Origin: Octopus vulgaris
Lineage: Eukaryota
DNA: 64,000 nt
Reading direction: 5' to 3'
Assembly: GCA_951406725.2 (NCBI GenBank)
Contig: OX597823.1
Coordinates: forward strand, 100,626,001 to 100,690,000
Both the position numbers and the translations under genes were made by a program. Of this stretch, positions 12,936-27,379 are shown piece after piece. Positions within the stretch are counted from its first letter, which is position 1. Every line of letters starts with the position of its first letter. The notes beneath the pieces were generated by a model. It did no database searches. It was not told the origin of the DNA and saw nothing but the letters and a program-made list of their open reading frames with translations.

Positions 12936-14206
12936 TCTATACTATAATGGAGGAAGCTGCTTATTAATTAGGTGCTGCATCACTTTTGTTAAGTTTTGTC
13001 AGTGAACACATTGCAGTTTCAAAGCAACGAAAATATTTGACATAAATGGGTATTTGTGTGTTCTTGAATGGTTTGCAAACATCTTCCATGCTGTAAACTG
13101 TTTTTCTTTCAGCACAGGATCTCACACCTCAGTAAGTTTTTAAAATCACTGTGATTAAATGCCAGCAATGGACCTTCTTAGGCTCTCCAATATTTTAATT
13201 TCTAAACAGAAGCAATCGGGGGCAGGGAGTGGGGTTGCAAAGAAATTCCTTATTTCTCAAATTTTGTTTTTTATAGCATATAAATGTATTTATGGGGGAA
13301 AATATTGAAAAACATCAATACATGCAAGAGTGCTAAAGAAACAAGGAGGGCTGTCTTCGAATGTACTAGAAAAAACAGCCAAATCACCCTTAAATCACTT
13401 TTCCTTCTGAAAATATTAACAATTCAAAAAAATTTTTATACCGAAAATGCTCTTCCCATGGTTTTGAAATGAAGGAAGAAAAAAAAGTCAAAATATGTCC
13501 GGAGAGGGATGGTGAGGGAGGTGGGGGTGTTAAAAGAAAGTTTTGAAAACTTTTTCATACAAAGATGCCCCTCCCCCAACACCATCTTTTTGAAAGCTGT
13601 GGTTTAAAAAAATTGGGGAAAATCCCCCCCAAATTTCTTTATAATCATAATCTATGCCATTTGAAAGGGATTTGTATAAAATTTCATTAAAAGATTGTGA
13701 ATTTTTTTGAAACTCTTCTTGCCACCCCCTCACAAAAATTCTTTCCCATAAATCCCTATATACTCTGAAGCCACACCATTTAAGTGGTATTTGTAGAAAA
13801 AGTATTTAAAGTCAGGGGCGTATACATCTGTACTAATGCCCTTTTATCTATATGATTTTTTCATTTCATGCTTATTTCATTCATTGTTTGCAATGTTCTC
13901 AACACACACACACCCACTGCAAAGATGGGCCGCTGAATTGAAATCTCTATGTTGCTTTGAGAGGAGGGTAAAACTTGACAAACTGCTTCTCCCGCTGTTG
14001 TTGGACTACCGTGATGTTTGTTTAAAAAGGAGAGATTATGACAGTGATAAAAATAATGAAAGCAATATTTACTAAGCACATGAGCACTATTATACAAAGA
14101 AATAATTAGGCATAAAATATAAAAATTATTAGAAATTGGAATCAAAAGTGAAAATATTATCAAGGAGCTAGCAGAAAAACCACCTGGAGGATGGTCTTTC
14201 TACTAG
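12936..14206 (+). mobile_element. Probable non-autonomous Helitron
   Basis: a|TCTCTATACTATAAT start; 3' hairpin accacctggaggatggt followed by CTAG|t at 14203-14206; no coding capacity. Confidence 0.55.
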
Positions 14207-14586
14207 TATATATAATGAAAATCATTGAGGTAAGTTTTTTTATGGCTGAATGCTTTTTTTGTTGTTAACTCACCCTTGTTTCTAAGCAGGATATTATTTT
14301 CCCTATTTTTTTTTTTTAACATGACCAGCTCAATGGCCAGACATGTTTCAAGGAAAATTGCAAACAAACGAAACCATTTTGTTTACTACAATCAAAACTA
14401 ACTCAGCTAAAGATGCAGCTTCTACATAAGCAAATATGAAGTTTCTATAACACCATCACCAATATTCATCATCATCATCATCATCATCATTTAACATCCG
14501 TTTTCCATGCTGGCAAATCTACATCATATTAACAGGATGGAAAAGTCATGAAAAGCTAAAAAATGCAATAATGAGAAATTACTTAC

Positions 14587-14666
14587 GCCTTGTCACCAGA
14601 TCGGTTGACAACCACAAGGTATTTTGAGATCTTTTTACCATTATCAACAAAACCAGCTCGGACACT
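14587..14666 (-). CDS. Internal coding exon of a host gene, tentatively INPP5B/OCRL-like N-terminal PH domain
   Basis: Acceptor ttccttaacccagttttatgcag and perfect donor GC|gtaagt; 80 nt; phase-0 frame SVRAGFVDNGKKISKYLVVVNRSGDK+GC. Resembles my recollection of INPP5B AVQGVL..SRLLGLV..EHA. Exon status is better supported than identity; a second frame is also open. Confidence 0.55.
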
Positions 14667-15909
14667 CTGCATAAAACTGGGTTAAGGAAATTGGCAGAAG
14701 AGAAAAAGTTTTAAAAAATACTGGATGTCAATATTTTCTTTTTAAATCAATTTATGAGAATGGTTAATATAATTAATCATGAACTAAGACATTGAGAATA
14801 TCACATGGTATTTACTAATGGTAATTTGGGTAAATTAATTGACCCTGAATCATTGGGATTCAATTCCCTTCCTCTTATCACCCATACAGTCTCCTGCTCA
14901 TCTTTCATCCTCAGAACATAATCCTTCTCTAATTCCTATCCCTTCCATGGTTCTCCTGTAGGCATCAACTTGCAGTTCTTCAAGAAGAACATCAGCCAAA
15001 TTAACCCTTCTGATATCAATCTGCCTGAAATTACCCCCAGTTCTAGGATACAAACTTCATGTTTTAAAGTGATCTTTAAAGTTAATTTATGCTCAGACAC
15101 TCGCTTAATAACGACCCTTTATTGCTAAATTCTTCATGGTTTTCAAAATTAATTGAAACAAAGGCAGTATGTTTCAACAGAAATATTTTTAACAAAAGGG
15201 TTGAAGTGATCCAAATTAAAACCTTCCATCAAAATTGCTCGTTAATTGATGTTAATAACACCAGCTGCATAATAAAGTTATCAATTTCTTCATTATTTCA
15301 AAAATATTTCCCCACAAATATGGTAATAAAAGGGTTAAATTCACTTGTCTGTGATTATCATAGGTTTAGAATCTTTCCCTTGTGTAAACCATTAAAAAAA
15401 ACCCTTAAAACTAAGGATTTATTGATGTTTTTAAGCCCTCCTCCTTTAAAATGAGTTGCAAATGAAGTGGTAAGGTATTAGGTTGAATCAATCAAGACAA
15501 AACAAGATCTGATTTATTGCCTGGAATATCCTTCATTTGAGGATCACTTTAGACAAGATATCAAATTACTTTGTTATTGACTTATCTTCATGGCAAGCTC
15601 ATTTGTTGTCTTGAACATAGTTTTACTCAGAGAACTTTACTACAAACATATTTTAGAAGCTTTGGTGCATGCAATGTAAAACAAAAAAAAAAGTATTCAC
15701 ATAGTTTAACCTAGTATTTTATCACTTTTACTCTTGTGGAACTTTTGAAATACATTCCAAGTCTCAGAAAATCCTACATAAAAATTATCTATTTTAATTA
15801 TTTTCTTTCCCTTTCATTAAGTTAAATTTCCCAAGAGAATACATAAATCATAAAACTACTTTCAAAAGGGCTGAAATTTCATCTTAACCAAGACTTTATA
15901 TAAACCAAA

Positions 15910-18515
15910 TTCACTCACAGAATAGGCTGTGCATGTAAAATGGATGGTACAGAGTCCCTTCCAGACCTACAGTAACGTGGTGGAGGAATAATATGGTAGA
16001 CAAAGCCTTTAGAGCAAAGAAAAAGGCCTGCAAAGCCTGAAAGAGTGGGGGTAGCAGGGAACTGTACCAGAGAGCCAAGGGGGAGGCTAGGCGACAGGTA
16101 AACATAGCCAAGGGAGAAGCAGAAAAGAAGAAGTTTGCCAATGTTCAGCGATGTGAGGACCAACAAACTGAAGTATTTCGGATTGCAAGATAATGTATGA
16201 GAGAAAATTGTGATGTCACAGGAGAGAAATGTCTGTATGAATGATGGTGCACTTGCTTTTAAGGATTCTGAAAAGAAAGAGGCTTGGAGAAGCCATTATG
16301 AAAGGCTGCTGTGGAGAATGAATGGGAGGAAGAGAGCCTGTCAAATGTTGACTCAGTAGAGGGACCATCTATCCGAATAGACAGCACCCTGGTGGTTAAA
16401 GCAATTAAGGGTATGAAGCTTGTAAAAGCCCCTGGCCCATCAGGAATCACTGCTGAGATGCTTAAAATATCTGGTGGCGTGGGTTATGGCTTAGTCACAC
16501 GTATTGTAATCAGGTAGTTCATAATAGAGTCATACCCAATGACTGGCGTAGCAGCACCATAGTCAACTGTTACAAGGGTAAGGGTGATCCCTTAGATAGA
16601 AATAACTACAGGGGTATGAAACTGCTGGATCAGGTGATGAAGGTCATGGAGAGGGTCATAGCCCAACTAATTAGGGAGAGAGTCTGTTTAGACGAGATGC
16701 AGTTTGGTTTTGTGCTGGGTAGAAGCACCACTGATGCTATATTCCTGGTACGGCAACTGCAGGAGAAATACCTAGCCAAAGATAAACCCCTATACATGGC
16801 TTTTGTAGACTTGGAGAAAACCTTTGACAGGGTCCCCCATTCCCTTATCTGGTGGGCCCTCTTATTCATCATAGTCCTCCAGGTAATAACAGAGGAATTC
16901 AAGACAGGTCACTCCTGGGAGCTTCTCTATGCTGACGACCTAATCCTCATACTAGAATCACTACCAGAACTAGAAGAAATTTCAGGTGTAGAAGCAAGGT
17001 TTAGAATCGAAGGGCCTTAGAGTCAATGTCACAAAAACCAACGTCTTAGTAAGTAAGAAGGTGAACACATCATGCACCCCTTCGGGTAGATGGCCGTGCT
17101 TGATCTGTAGAAAAGGTGTAGATAGAAACTCTATAAGATGTAATCAGTGTAAGCTATGGATGCCTAAGAGGTGCAGCAACATCAAAGGAAGATTAACCGG
17201 GAAGATAGCTTTCATGTGCAGCAGATGCACAGAAGCAATAAACATCACAGATGCTCAGAAAACAGATTCCTTCACATGCCAAGGGGAGAAACCAGAAGTA
17301 GTTGATAGCTTCTGTTACCTAGGCAACCAAGTCTGTAGTGGGGGTGAATGCTGAGAGCGTTACCACTAGAATAAGAATAGCCTGGGCAAAGTTCAGAAAA
17401 ATCCTACCTCTACTGGTGACAGAGGGCCTCTCTCTCAGAGTGAAAGGTACATTGTACGATGCATGTGTGCAAACTGCCATGCTTCACAGCAGTGAAACAT
17501 GGGTCGTGACTGCTGAAGACATGTGTAAGCTCAAAAGAAATGAAGCTAGCATGATCTGTTGAATGTGTAATGTCAGTGTGCATACATGACAGAATGTAAG
17601 CGCTCTGAGAGAAATGTTGGACATAAGCAGCATTGGATGTGGCATGTACGTGACCATACCTGTGCTGGTATGGTCACGTACTACAGATGGATGAGGAGAG
17701 CTGTATGAAGAAGTGTCACTTCTAAACAGTGGAAGGAACCTGTGATAGAGGGAGACCTAGGAAGACATGGGATGAGGTGGTGAAGCATGACCTTCTAACG
17801 TTGGGCCTCACAGAGGCAATGACGAAAGACCAAGATCTCTGGAGATATGCTGTGACAGAGAAGACCCAGCAAATAAAATGAGATCACAGCTGTAGCCTAC
17901 GCCAGTGTCGCATAACCAGCCCACTCAAAAAGTACCTTTGGATCATAGGGCCACATGCTGTGCTTGAGGAGACCTATTGAATCAAGTACATCAACATCAA
18001 ATCAAACCACAATCAAATGGAAATTGTGATTGTGGCTGATGCCAGCACTGCCTGTCAGGCACCCCGTGCCAGTGGCACATAAAAAACACCATCCAAACAT
18101 GGTTGATGCCATCCCCCTCACCCTGACTGGCTTCTGTGCCAGTGACATATAAAGAGCACCATTTGAATGTGACTGATGTCAGTGTCACATTGACTGGCTC
18201 CTGTGCTGGTGGCACATGAAAAGTATAATCCGAATGTGACCGACGTCAGTGCCCCTTGACTGGCTCCTGTGCCAGTGACATGTAAAAGCATCATCCAAAT
18301 GTGGTCAATGCCAGCCCCTTCTGGCCCCTATGCCATTTGACATGTATAAACCACCCACTACACTCTCGGAGTGGTCGGTGTTAGGAAGGGCATCTAGCTG
18401 TAGAAACACTGCCAGATCAGATTGGAGCCTGGTGCAGTCTTCTGGCTTCCCAGACCCTAGTCGAACCGTTCAACCCATGCTAGCATGGAAAACAGACATT
18501 AAACGATGATGATGA
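15910..18515 (+). mobile_element. RTE-clade LINE, 5'-truncated and disrupted
   Basis: KAPGPSGITAEML, YKGKG..NYRG, QFGF..GRSTTDAIF, AFVDLEKTFDRV, ELLYADD, Cys-rich segment, RIRIAWAKF, LHSSETW; internal deletion at ~16857; 3' UTR ending aaacgatgatgatg. Confidence 0.93.
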
Positions 18516-21500
18516 ATTAAACACACACACAAAAAAACACTCACATAGACCAGTTATATGCAAATACCTCGCAATCAAGTAATTTTGGATTTAGTTCCAC
18601 AGTTTAGCATCTTGGGTAAGTTTCTTCTACTATAGCCCTGGGTCAACCAAAACCTTGTAAATGGATTTAGTAGACAGGAACTGAAAGATACCTATCATAT
18701 ATGTATACATGTGTAAGTATATATTTACTTTGTTTGTATGCATTTTTCACTGACTGTAAACAATGCTTGCAGTCTGTATGGAAAGCATGTATGGAAAGCA
18801 TGGAAAGCATGTCCAGACTATTTGTTAAGAGAAAGGGCTTTTGAAAATTTTGCTCCTGTCACATGCCAGCATGGAAAAGCAGGCATTAAAACAATGATGA
18901 TAATGACAATATGTGCAAATATATTTATCTCTATTTCTCCCTCGTGAGCTTGTGAAATCATAGGATTCCAGTAAGACTAGTTTAATCTGTAACGATAAAC
19001 AATTTTAATTATAGAAAATTATAAATTTTTTCATTTATTGTTAGTCAATAAATAAAGCATGATTACGAAGGTTTTATATTTCACCTTAAAAATTTGAAAA
19101 AATTATATTTGCAGTAGTTCAGCAGTTCTCAACTATTTTATAATTCAGTGCCCCCACCACCACCACCACACTTCAATGAATGATGTTTTACATATATACC
19201 TTGTCTCCATGTTTTGGCAATCACTACCACCAAAGCAGATTATTTTAATTAAACAAAACCTGGTTTTGATCATTGATTTAATATCCTATTTGTTTATACG
19301 ATTTTTCATGTTAGCATAGGTTTGATGGGCAGGTACTGAAGGCAGAATTTTTTTATGCTTAGATACTCTTCCTGTTACACTTATCTGTTTTTCGAGTAAA
19401 AGAAATTTTTTAATTTTATTGTAGAAGAATTTGTAAACCCAGAGCTAATGGATTTGTTTATAATGTCAAGAGATGTCACCAATCGCAGCCTAGTTACAAA
19501 CTGTCACCAGTGTTTGCAACCCAGCTCCAAGTAGTGATGGTCATCATATGCAGCCAGAGTCCAGCACAGATTGTAGCCATTCCCTCCACCTCACTGGCAC
19601 ACACAAATGAATTCCTTTCGGTTTCTACCCAACAAATTTCTTCACAAAGAATTGGTCATCTCAGGGTAGAAGACATTTGTTTAAGGTGCCTTCAGTGGGC
19701 CTGAACCAAAAGACATAATTGAGAAGTGAACTTCTTAACCACACATCCATACCTGTGCCTTATATAATGACATGTTAATGGACTTTGCCACATCAACACT
19801 CATGTCACTGTTCACTGATAACACAATGGCCTACTCAGTCTTCAGTCGAAAAGATGTTTTTTTTAAAAAATGTGTTGTACTTGATTTAAATATTTTATCT
19901 CTCACAAAAATCACGATTCTTCTAAACACCCAGCAAGCCACCTCCCTATTACACTCCTTTGACATTTACTTGTCCTCTAGTGGGTTCACAATGCCTTCCA
20001 CCACCACTACCAAAGAGGTGCTATCTCCCAGGGTAAGAACCACTGAAGTAATTGAAACAATCGTTACTGGGTTAAATACTTTATATTTGTTGGGAAAATA
20101 CTTTATATATTTAATAACAAAAAACTTATTGGTTTAACATCCACTTTTCCAGGCTTGCAAATGTCAAATAGAATTTATTGAGGTAGATTTTCTATGGCTA
20201 AATATCCTTACCAAACCTCACCTGTTTCTAAGCAAGGTAACGTTTCCCCATGGCCAGATATATTTTCATGGGGGATTGGAAACAAATGATACTGCTTGTA
20301 TGGTGGGGATGCTTGTTTACAACTACCAAGCAATGTCAAATCAAGGACACACACACACATTTCATATTCAATGATTGAAAGGATAAAAATAGTTCAACTT
20401 GTATTGTGGATCACAAACGGTTGGCATTGATTGGTCAACCACATCAAAGGATGAACAAATGGAAACTGAGAAGTGCTATGTGATGTTTATATTGAGGAGG
20501 GTGGAGACAGAGGACAACAATGTTTCAATGAGCCAATGTGACCAATGACTGAGGACAACCTGAGCTAGGTGAGATCTGTGGTTGGAGCAAGAAACCAGTC
20601 AGAGGTAATATGGTGGTGGAGTGGTACAGAAGATAGAGCCAGAAAGCTAAGAGACGGTGCCAGAAAGAATGACAGAGTAGAAATGAGCTGAAGGAAAAAT
20701 GTCTAAGAATTATCAGATGTAGTGTGCAAGAGTGTGTAGTTTACTGATAGAAACACATGATGAAAATGGAAGAGAACAGCTGGGTAAAGAAGTTTCAAGC
20801 AATTTATGTAGAAGACATTTGTGGAAAAGGAAGACTGACAAAGTTTGGGAAGGAATGGTAAAAGCTGAGTCCAGGAAGCTGAATCTCTCGAAAGAGATGA
20901 CAAAAAATAGCAACAAGTAGCTAGATATTGTGCTCCGCAACACCTGTCCAATCAATGTAAATATGGAAAAAAATGAAGGTAAAAATAAACATCGATAATG
21001 ACATTGATAATGATCTCTATTCTGTCAAATCTGATTTAATTGGAAGGAGAGAAAGAGTAGGAAAGCAGCTAATTTGAATATTTGTATAACATGAGAAGGT
21101 ATGAGAAAATTAATATACCATAATTGGTAACGATAAGATTTTGAATAGGAAATAATATAAAAAAAAAAGAGACAAAACTATTTCACCAACTCTTTCATCT
21201 AACTATGTGAAATACGTGTGTAGGAGAATGAAACAAAAGATCATATGCAGAAAAAATTATTGGCTATAAATAATTAGCAGAGACAAACTGGCAAACTCTT
21301 TAATTGGTTTCAGTCATTGAACTGTGGCCATGGTGGAGCGCTGTCTTCCAAGTTTGAGTTGATAAAATTGACCTTCAGTGCCTACTTGAGACCAGTCTGT
21401 TTTTGTTGAGCCAATAAGAAGACCAATGACATTTGCCAGGCATTAAGAAAAAAAACAAAAACAAACAATTTGATGGGCTTCCACATAGTTTGTGTTTACC

Positions 21501-21879
21501 AAATTCCACTCACAAGGTATTGATTGGTCTGACACTAACCCTAACTGTCCAAGGACAATTAAAACACAAACATACTCAGACACAACACACACACGAACAA
21601 ACACATGCGCACACACAACACCTTGACAAATACCAATCACACACACACACAACACCAGGACAATCATAACAACACAAACATACTCAGACAGACACACACA
21701 TAATATCCCCACCAACACAAAAAACACACAAGCATACACACGCACTCACAGATGCACACACTCGAACAAACACATACACACACACAACGCCCTAAAACAT
21801 ATTAATCACACACACACACACACACACACAAACACAAACGTTCACACATATACACACACCTGGTATTAACTGCAGAACT

Positions 21880-22179
21880 CGAAATGTAGTTTACAGCATA
21901 AGATGCATAGAAGGTGCTTGTAAAGACATGAACATGATGTACATAGGGGAGACGTCTAGGAACATTGTGGAACAGATAAATGAACATCTAAGACAATATG
22001 ACGACAGAAAACAGTCCTCCATACTCTACCAGCATGCCAAAGACCACCATGGAGGCAACTTGGGTCAACTTGACATCCGCATCTTATCCAAGCACCCAAA
22101 AGACCCAACACTCAGACAAATACAGGAGTATGTCTTTATAAATGAAACCTCCCCAATACTAAATAGGAAATATACATAG
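21880..22179 (+). pseudogene. GIY-YIG endonuclease fragment of a Penelope-like retroelement
   Basis: VVYSIRCIEG upstream, then MYIGETSRN..INEH..SSILYQHA..H..ILSK..RQIQE..FI...PILNRK, the typical PLE endonuclease C-terminus. No RT visible. Confidence 0.8.
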
Positions 22180-22933
22180 CAGATATCGTACCTCCGTACC
22201 CACAGTTCACACAGGTAGAGTAGAATAGTTAGTGGGCTGTTATGTAGATAGATGTATGTATGTGTGGAAGTGAGTGTGTGTATGGACATGTACTTTTCTT
22301 TTTGTATGTAAGCATATGGATATGAAAATAAACAGATCAACATACAGACAGATAGGTACATAGGTTATAAGAGCAGACAAGCACACATATGCAAATGGAG
22401 ACTGAAACACATGACCATATACACATACACACTTTACTCCACACAAGGACACATATGGAGACACGGATCCACACATACAGAGATGCACATCCATACATAC
22501 AAACATGGTACATAGTTGCATAACACACACAAGGAGACAGAGGTGCATACATATACAAATACACACACGCATACATAGAAAATACACAAACACAGACATG
22601 CAAGCACACACACAGGATACATCCATACAGATGCACACATATACATACATATGCATACACACATATACACATACAATGCAAACATACATATGTACATGCA
22701 TAGGCACACACACAAACACACACACACACTAACCCACACATGCACACAAACAAAAGGGAACACAGTGTAAATAATGGACAGAGTCAAGACTATTGAAAAG
22801 GTTGCAAGACACAACGAAAATTTTAGGAAAATAAAAATAAGGAATAAATGGAAATTTTACCGGTGAGTGTGTTACATTATAAGACTCTAAAAGAAAATGA
22901 GTCTCCCCTGACACAACAGAATATATACACAAA

Positions 22934-22970
<37 letters not shown>

Positions 22971-22971
<1 letters not shown>

Positions 22972-23657
22972 CTTAATAATTAGGGTTCAGCAAAGATTTG
23001 CTTTACCACATACCGAAGTTTAGAAATAGCAGCCAAAAAACGTTAGCTATTTCTTCTACTTTAAAAAGGGACTCCCAGAAAGACCAAAATACTTGAAAAC
23101 AATCCACACAGGCAGAGAGGAAAAGTAACGAAAATCAATCAATATCTGGTCACCTATGGTGACCATAGGTACATAGGTTATAAGAGCAGACAAGCACACA
23201 TATGCAAATGGAGACTGAAACACATGACCATATATACACACACACTTTATTCCACACAAGGACACATATGAAGACATGGATCCACACATACAGAGATGCA
23301 CATCCATACATACAAACATGGTACATAGTTGCATAACACACACACACAGACATGCACACACAAGGAGACAGAGGTGCATACATATACAAATACACACTTA
23401 CACACACGCATACATAGAAAATACACAAACACAGACATGCAAGCACATGAATATGCAGGATACATACATCTGGTCACCATAGGTGACCAGATATTGATTG
23501 ATTTTCGTTACTTTTCCTCTCTGCCTGTGTGGTTTGTTTTCAAGTATTTTGGTCTTTCTTGGAGTCCCTTTTTAAAGTAGAAGAAATAGCTAACGTTTTT
23601 TGGCTGCTATTTCTAAACTTCGGTATGTGGTAAAGCAAATCTTTGCTGAACCCTAAT
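22971..23657. repeat. ~190-bp inverted repeat enclosing a diverged copy of 22351-22626
   Basis: 22978-23165 is the near-exact reverse complement of 23470-23657; spacer 23166-23468 repeats the CA-rich sequence downstream of the GIY-YIG fragment. Confidence 0.9.
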
Positions 23658-26335
23658 GGGTACAACCTCTTCCGCAAGGACCGCATTAACCGCCGTGGTG
23701 GTGTGATGGTCTACGTTCGTTCAAATTTTTCAGTAATTCCTTGTGCCGATTTGAACGAATCACAAGAACAAGTTTTTTTCTGTGACGTACGTATGACCAT
23801 GTCAACAATCCTGCTTGGTGCTGTTTATCGTCCCCCAAATTACCATCGGGACACACAGCTTTGCGATATCCTCCGAGCTGCTGCCAGGAAAACAGCCACT
23901 TATGTTTTTATTGCAGGCGATTTCAATCATCCTGAGATCAATTGGGAAACCTTCCATTGGCCACAGAGTGCAAACGATTTTGTTGAGCTTGTACTGGACT
24001 CAAACTGGTCACAAGTAGTCACCTCTCCAACAAGAGGCGACAACACCTTGGACCTGCTCTTCACCACAACTCCTGAAGTGGTTATGAATTTCACTACGGA
24101 GGAACCTCTAGGCGACTCTGATCATCGCCAATCTGGCTCTTGCGGGCAACAACAAAAACCTGAACCATCTCCAATCTGCTTCCTTCGATTGGAAGAGAGC
24201 AGATTGGAACCTGTACCACACTGAACTACAGCACCCAAACTGGTGTGAATTCTACAACTCTGGAGATGTGAATACTATACTCCAGAGTATCCTGGACTCA
24301 ATATGGGCAGCATGTGCAGCATCAGTGCCATGTAAACAGAAAAAGAAGAACTGCCCCAAAAGTGCAATTTGGGAAACTTCAGCGGTCCGACTTGCCAGGA
24401 AGGAACGTCGAACTGCTGAACGGGAATACAAGTTGCATAAATCAGACACCAACAGGAAGAAGCGGAATAAATCTTCCAACCATCTCAAGCAAGTGACAAA
24501 AAAAGCAGTGCTTGAATTTGAACAGTGCATAGCAGCCAATCCTGACAGCAAGGTTTTCTGGAAATATGTGCATTCAAAGCAGAGATCTCACTCTCCAGTG
24601 GGCCCTCTTCGCAACCCTCACACAAACCAGATCACTGACGACCCCAAGGAATGCGCAGAACTCATTGCTGAGTGCTATGCAAACATATTCACTGTTGAAA
24701 ATCAAAATGTACCATCTTCACCATCTCTAACAGCAAATTCCATAACAACTATGGAATTTACACCTGCAATGCTGCGACGTCACCTTCAAAATAAGCGCAA
24801 CTATGCCTCCCCTGGTCTTGATGGAGTTACATACCTGCTTCTCAAACGTGGCAGGTACTTCCTTTTACACCAGCTCTCTATTTTCTTCCAGTACTGTCTC
24901 AACAATGGTGCTACTCCGGAACAGCGGAAAACTGCTAGTGTCATTCCTCTGTTCAAAAAGGGCGACCGCACATCACCTTTCAACTATCGCCCAGTCAGTC
25001 TCACTAGCTGTATTGCAAAACTGATGGAATCGTGTGTCAGAGAAACACTTTGGAACTTCTGGAGCTCACACAGTCTCATCCGACCCTCACAATATGGATT
25101 TGTCCCTAACTCCAACTGCAGTGATCAGCTTGTCGAGTTCCTTGAGGACATTACTCAGATCACTGACAGTGGCTCATGGGTGGATGTTGTCTACCTTGAC
25201 TTTGCTAAGGCTTTCAACTCTGTGCCACACAAAAGGCTTATGGTGAAACTCTCTGCAATGGGTGTGAGGGATGACCTTTTTAACTGGTTGAAATCCTTCA
25301 TTCTCAACCGAAAGGAGGTAGTCACAGTTCTAGGACAGCATTCTACACCATATGAGATGTCATCGGGTATACCACAGGGATCTGTCCTTGGTCCCCTCTT
25401 GTTTGTGGCATAGATTAATGACATAGATGCAAATTTAAAGAATGCCACAGTATTAAAATATGCAGACGACATCAAGCTGTACCTTGAAATCAAGAGGACA
25501 GATCCTGTTGTCTACAGCTCTTTCCTGCAATCAGACCTGGACACAATGCAGCAATGGATCACAGACTGGCAACTGAAACTGGCTGTGGACAAGTGTACCA
25601 CCATGCATTTTGGGAGAAAAAACCCTGCGTCCACATACTCCCTCCACAACACTGATATCAAGAAATCCTTTTGCGAGCGTGACCTAGGCATCACTGTCAG
25701 CGGTGATTTGCGTTGGACAAAGCATATCTCTAAAATTGTCAAGAAGGCCGAGGGTGTCTTGGCATCACTCAGCAAGACTTTTGTTAGCCGCTCTCCAGCC
25801 ATCTATTTAAAACTGTATACAGCTATGGTACGACCACACTTGGAATTCGCATCATCAGTTTGGAACCCCTATCTTGCTCAGAACATTGACCTCCTGGAAT
25901 CTGTTCAGAGATGTGCAACCAAACGCATACCCTCCATCAGACACCTACCATATTCTGAGCGCCTTGTTTCCCTGGGCATGGATTCACTGAAGCTCCGGCA
26001 TCTGGCGACGGACTTGGTAAACACCCACAAAGTTATCAACCACCTCACCAACAACACTGAACACCTTTTTGATCTCCATGTGTCTAACACACGTGGACAT
26101 GTCTACAAAGTCAGAAAACAACACAGCTCCCATGACTTTCGGAAACATTTCTTCACGCTCAGAGTTGCTGAAGCATGGAATAAACTGCCTGCGTTAGTTG
26201 TTGACTGCCATGACACTGCATCCTTTAAGGCCCTCATGCTTTCCGAAATCCGTCGAAATCACACCTGATTATATATGCACTTTAGATGAGTTGTAGTGCA
26301 CCTGAGCACTGTACACAATGTTTATTATTATTATT
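23658..26335 (+). mobile_element. CR1-group LINE, near-complete ORF2 (APE + RT), 5'-truncated
   Basis: ORF 23643..24224 (RKDR..GGV, VYRPP, AGDFN, PTRGDNTLDL, SDH); 24268..25413 (PGLDG, PLFKKG..NYRPVSLT, YLDFAKAF, GIPQGSVLGPLLF); YADD at ~25460; 25546..26268 (ERDLG, VRPHLEF, TRGH, FFTLRV..WNKLP); 3' hairpin and (ATT)n tail. One frameshift (~24130) and a stop at 25411. Confidence 0.95.
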
Positions 26336-26436
26336 AAGTATTACTTAAGTTTACCATGAAATGGTCCTTTTTTCATGCCGAATTCTACTTGGTGAAATTA
26401 TTGATAACTTCTTAATTAATTAATTTTACCCTTTGT

Positions 26437-26467
<31 letters not shown>

Positions 26468-26631
26468 GGCACAGGAGTAGATGCATGTTAAGAAGCTTGC
26501 ATCCCAACCACATGGTTCCAGGTTCAGTCCTACTGCGTGGCACTTTGGGCAAGTGTCTTCTACTCTAAGCCTCAGGCCAACCGAAGCCTCGTGAGAGATT
26601 TTGGCAGATGGAAACTGAAAGAAGCCCATCG

Positions 26632-26694
<63 letters not shown>

Positions 26695-26878
26695 GTGTGT
26701 CAGTGCTTGTCCCCCATCCCCATTGCTTAACAATCGATGTTGAACGTAGGAGTTCAACGGAAGATACTGATAGAATACGTATTAGGCTTACAAAGAATAA
26801 GTCCTGGGATTGATTTTTTCGACAAAAGCAGTGCTCCAGCATGGCTGCAGTCAAATGACTGAAACAAGTAAAAGAACA
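26468..26878 (+). mobile_element. tRNA-derived SINE with internal (TA)/(TG) microsatellite
   Basis: Head ggcacaggagt..ggttcagtcc; tail gctccagcatggctgcagtcaaatgactgaaacaagtaaaaga. Confidence 0.85.
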
Positions 26879-27379
26879 CACACATAATCAATCAGTTATG
26901 TTAAGTCAAAGTCTTTTCATTGCACTTTGTGTCCTATTCTACTCCGAGTCAGCTTCAGGTCTGTAAAGTGTTTATACAAAAGAAAGGGAAGGCTGCCAGA
27001 AGTCCACCAGTAACTTTAGTGACCAAGTTTCTTTCAGTCAACATGTTCTACAGCGCTGCTCATCAATTGACTTACATAACAGGTTGAATTACATAACAGC
27101 ATAGAAATCAAATGAAGCATACCAAATGACTTATGTCCCACTCACTGCCACCAGACACATTTTCAGGAATGTATCTGATTGCTGGTATGACTTGATTTGT
27201 TCTTCTCTGTTGTATATCTCACCCACCTAGTTCTAAATACTCTATAAACTCACAACCAACAGAAAAGTAATTTCATGCAGCTTATCAAAGCCAGAAATCC
27301 ACTTGATTTCATGAGAAATATCCCTGTCAACCAATGCCACATCTATAATCTCTCTATAATAATAACTGATATAAAAGTT

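Noticed and set aside
14587-14666. Assigning a gene symbol (INPP5B/OCRL or slingshot)
   Set aside because: 27 residues compared from memory are not enough for a firm name.
19970-20042. Possible minus-strand exon VLTLGDSTSLVVVVEGIVNPLED
   Set aside because: Acceptor is plausible but donor gtaaat is weak and phases (1 to 2) do not fit the preferred frame of the flanking exons; left unresolved.
20400-20960. Purine-rich segment with short ORFs, possible retroelement relic
   Set aside because: No recognisable motif.
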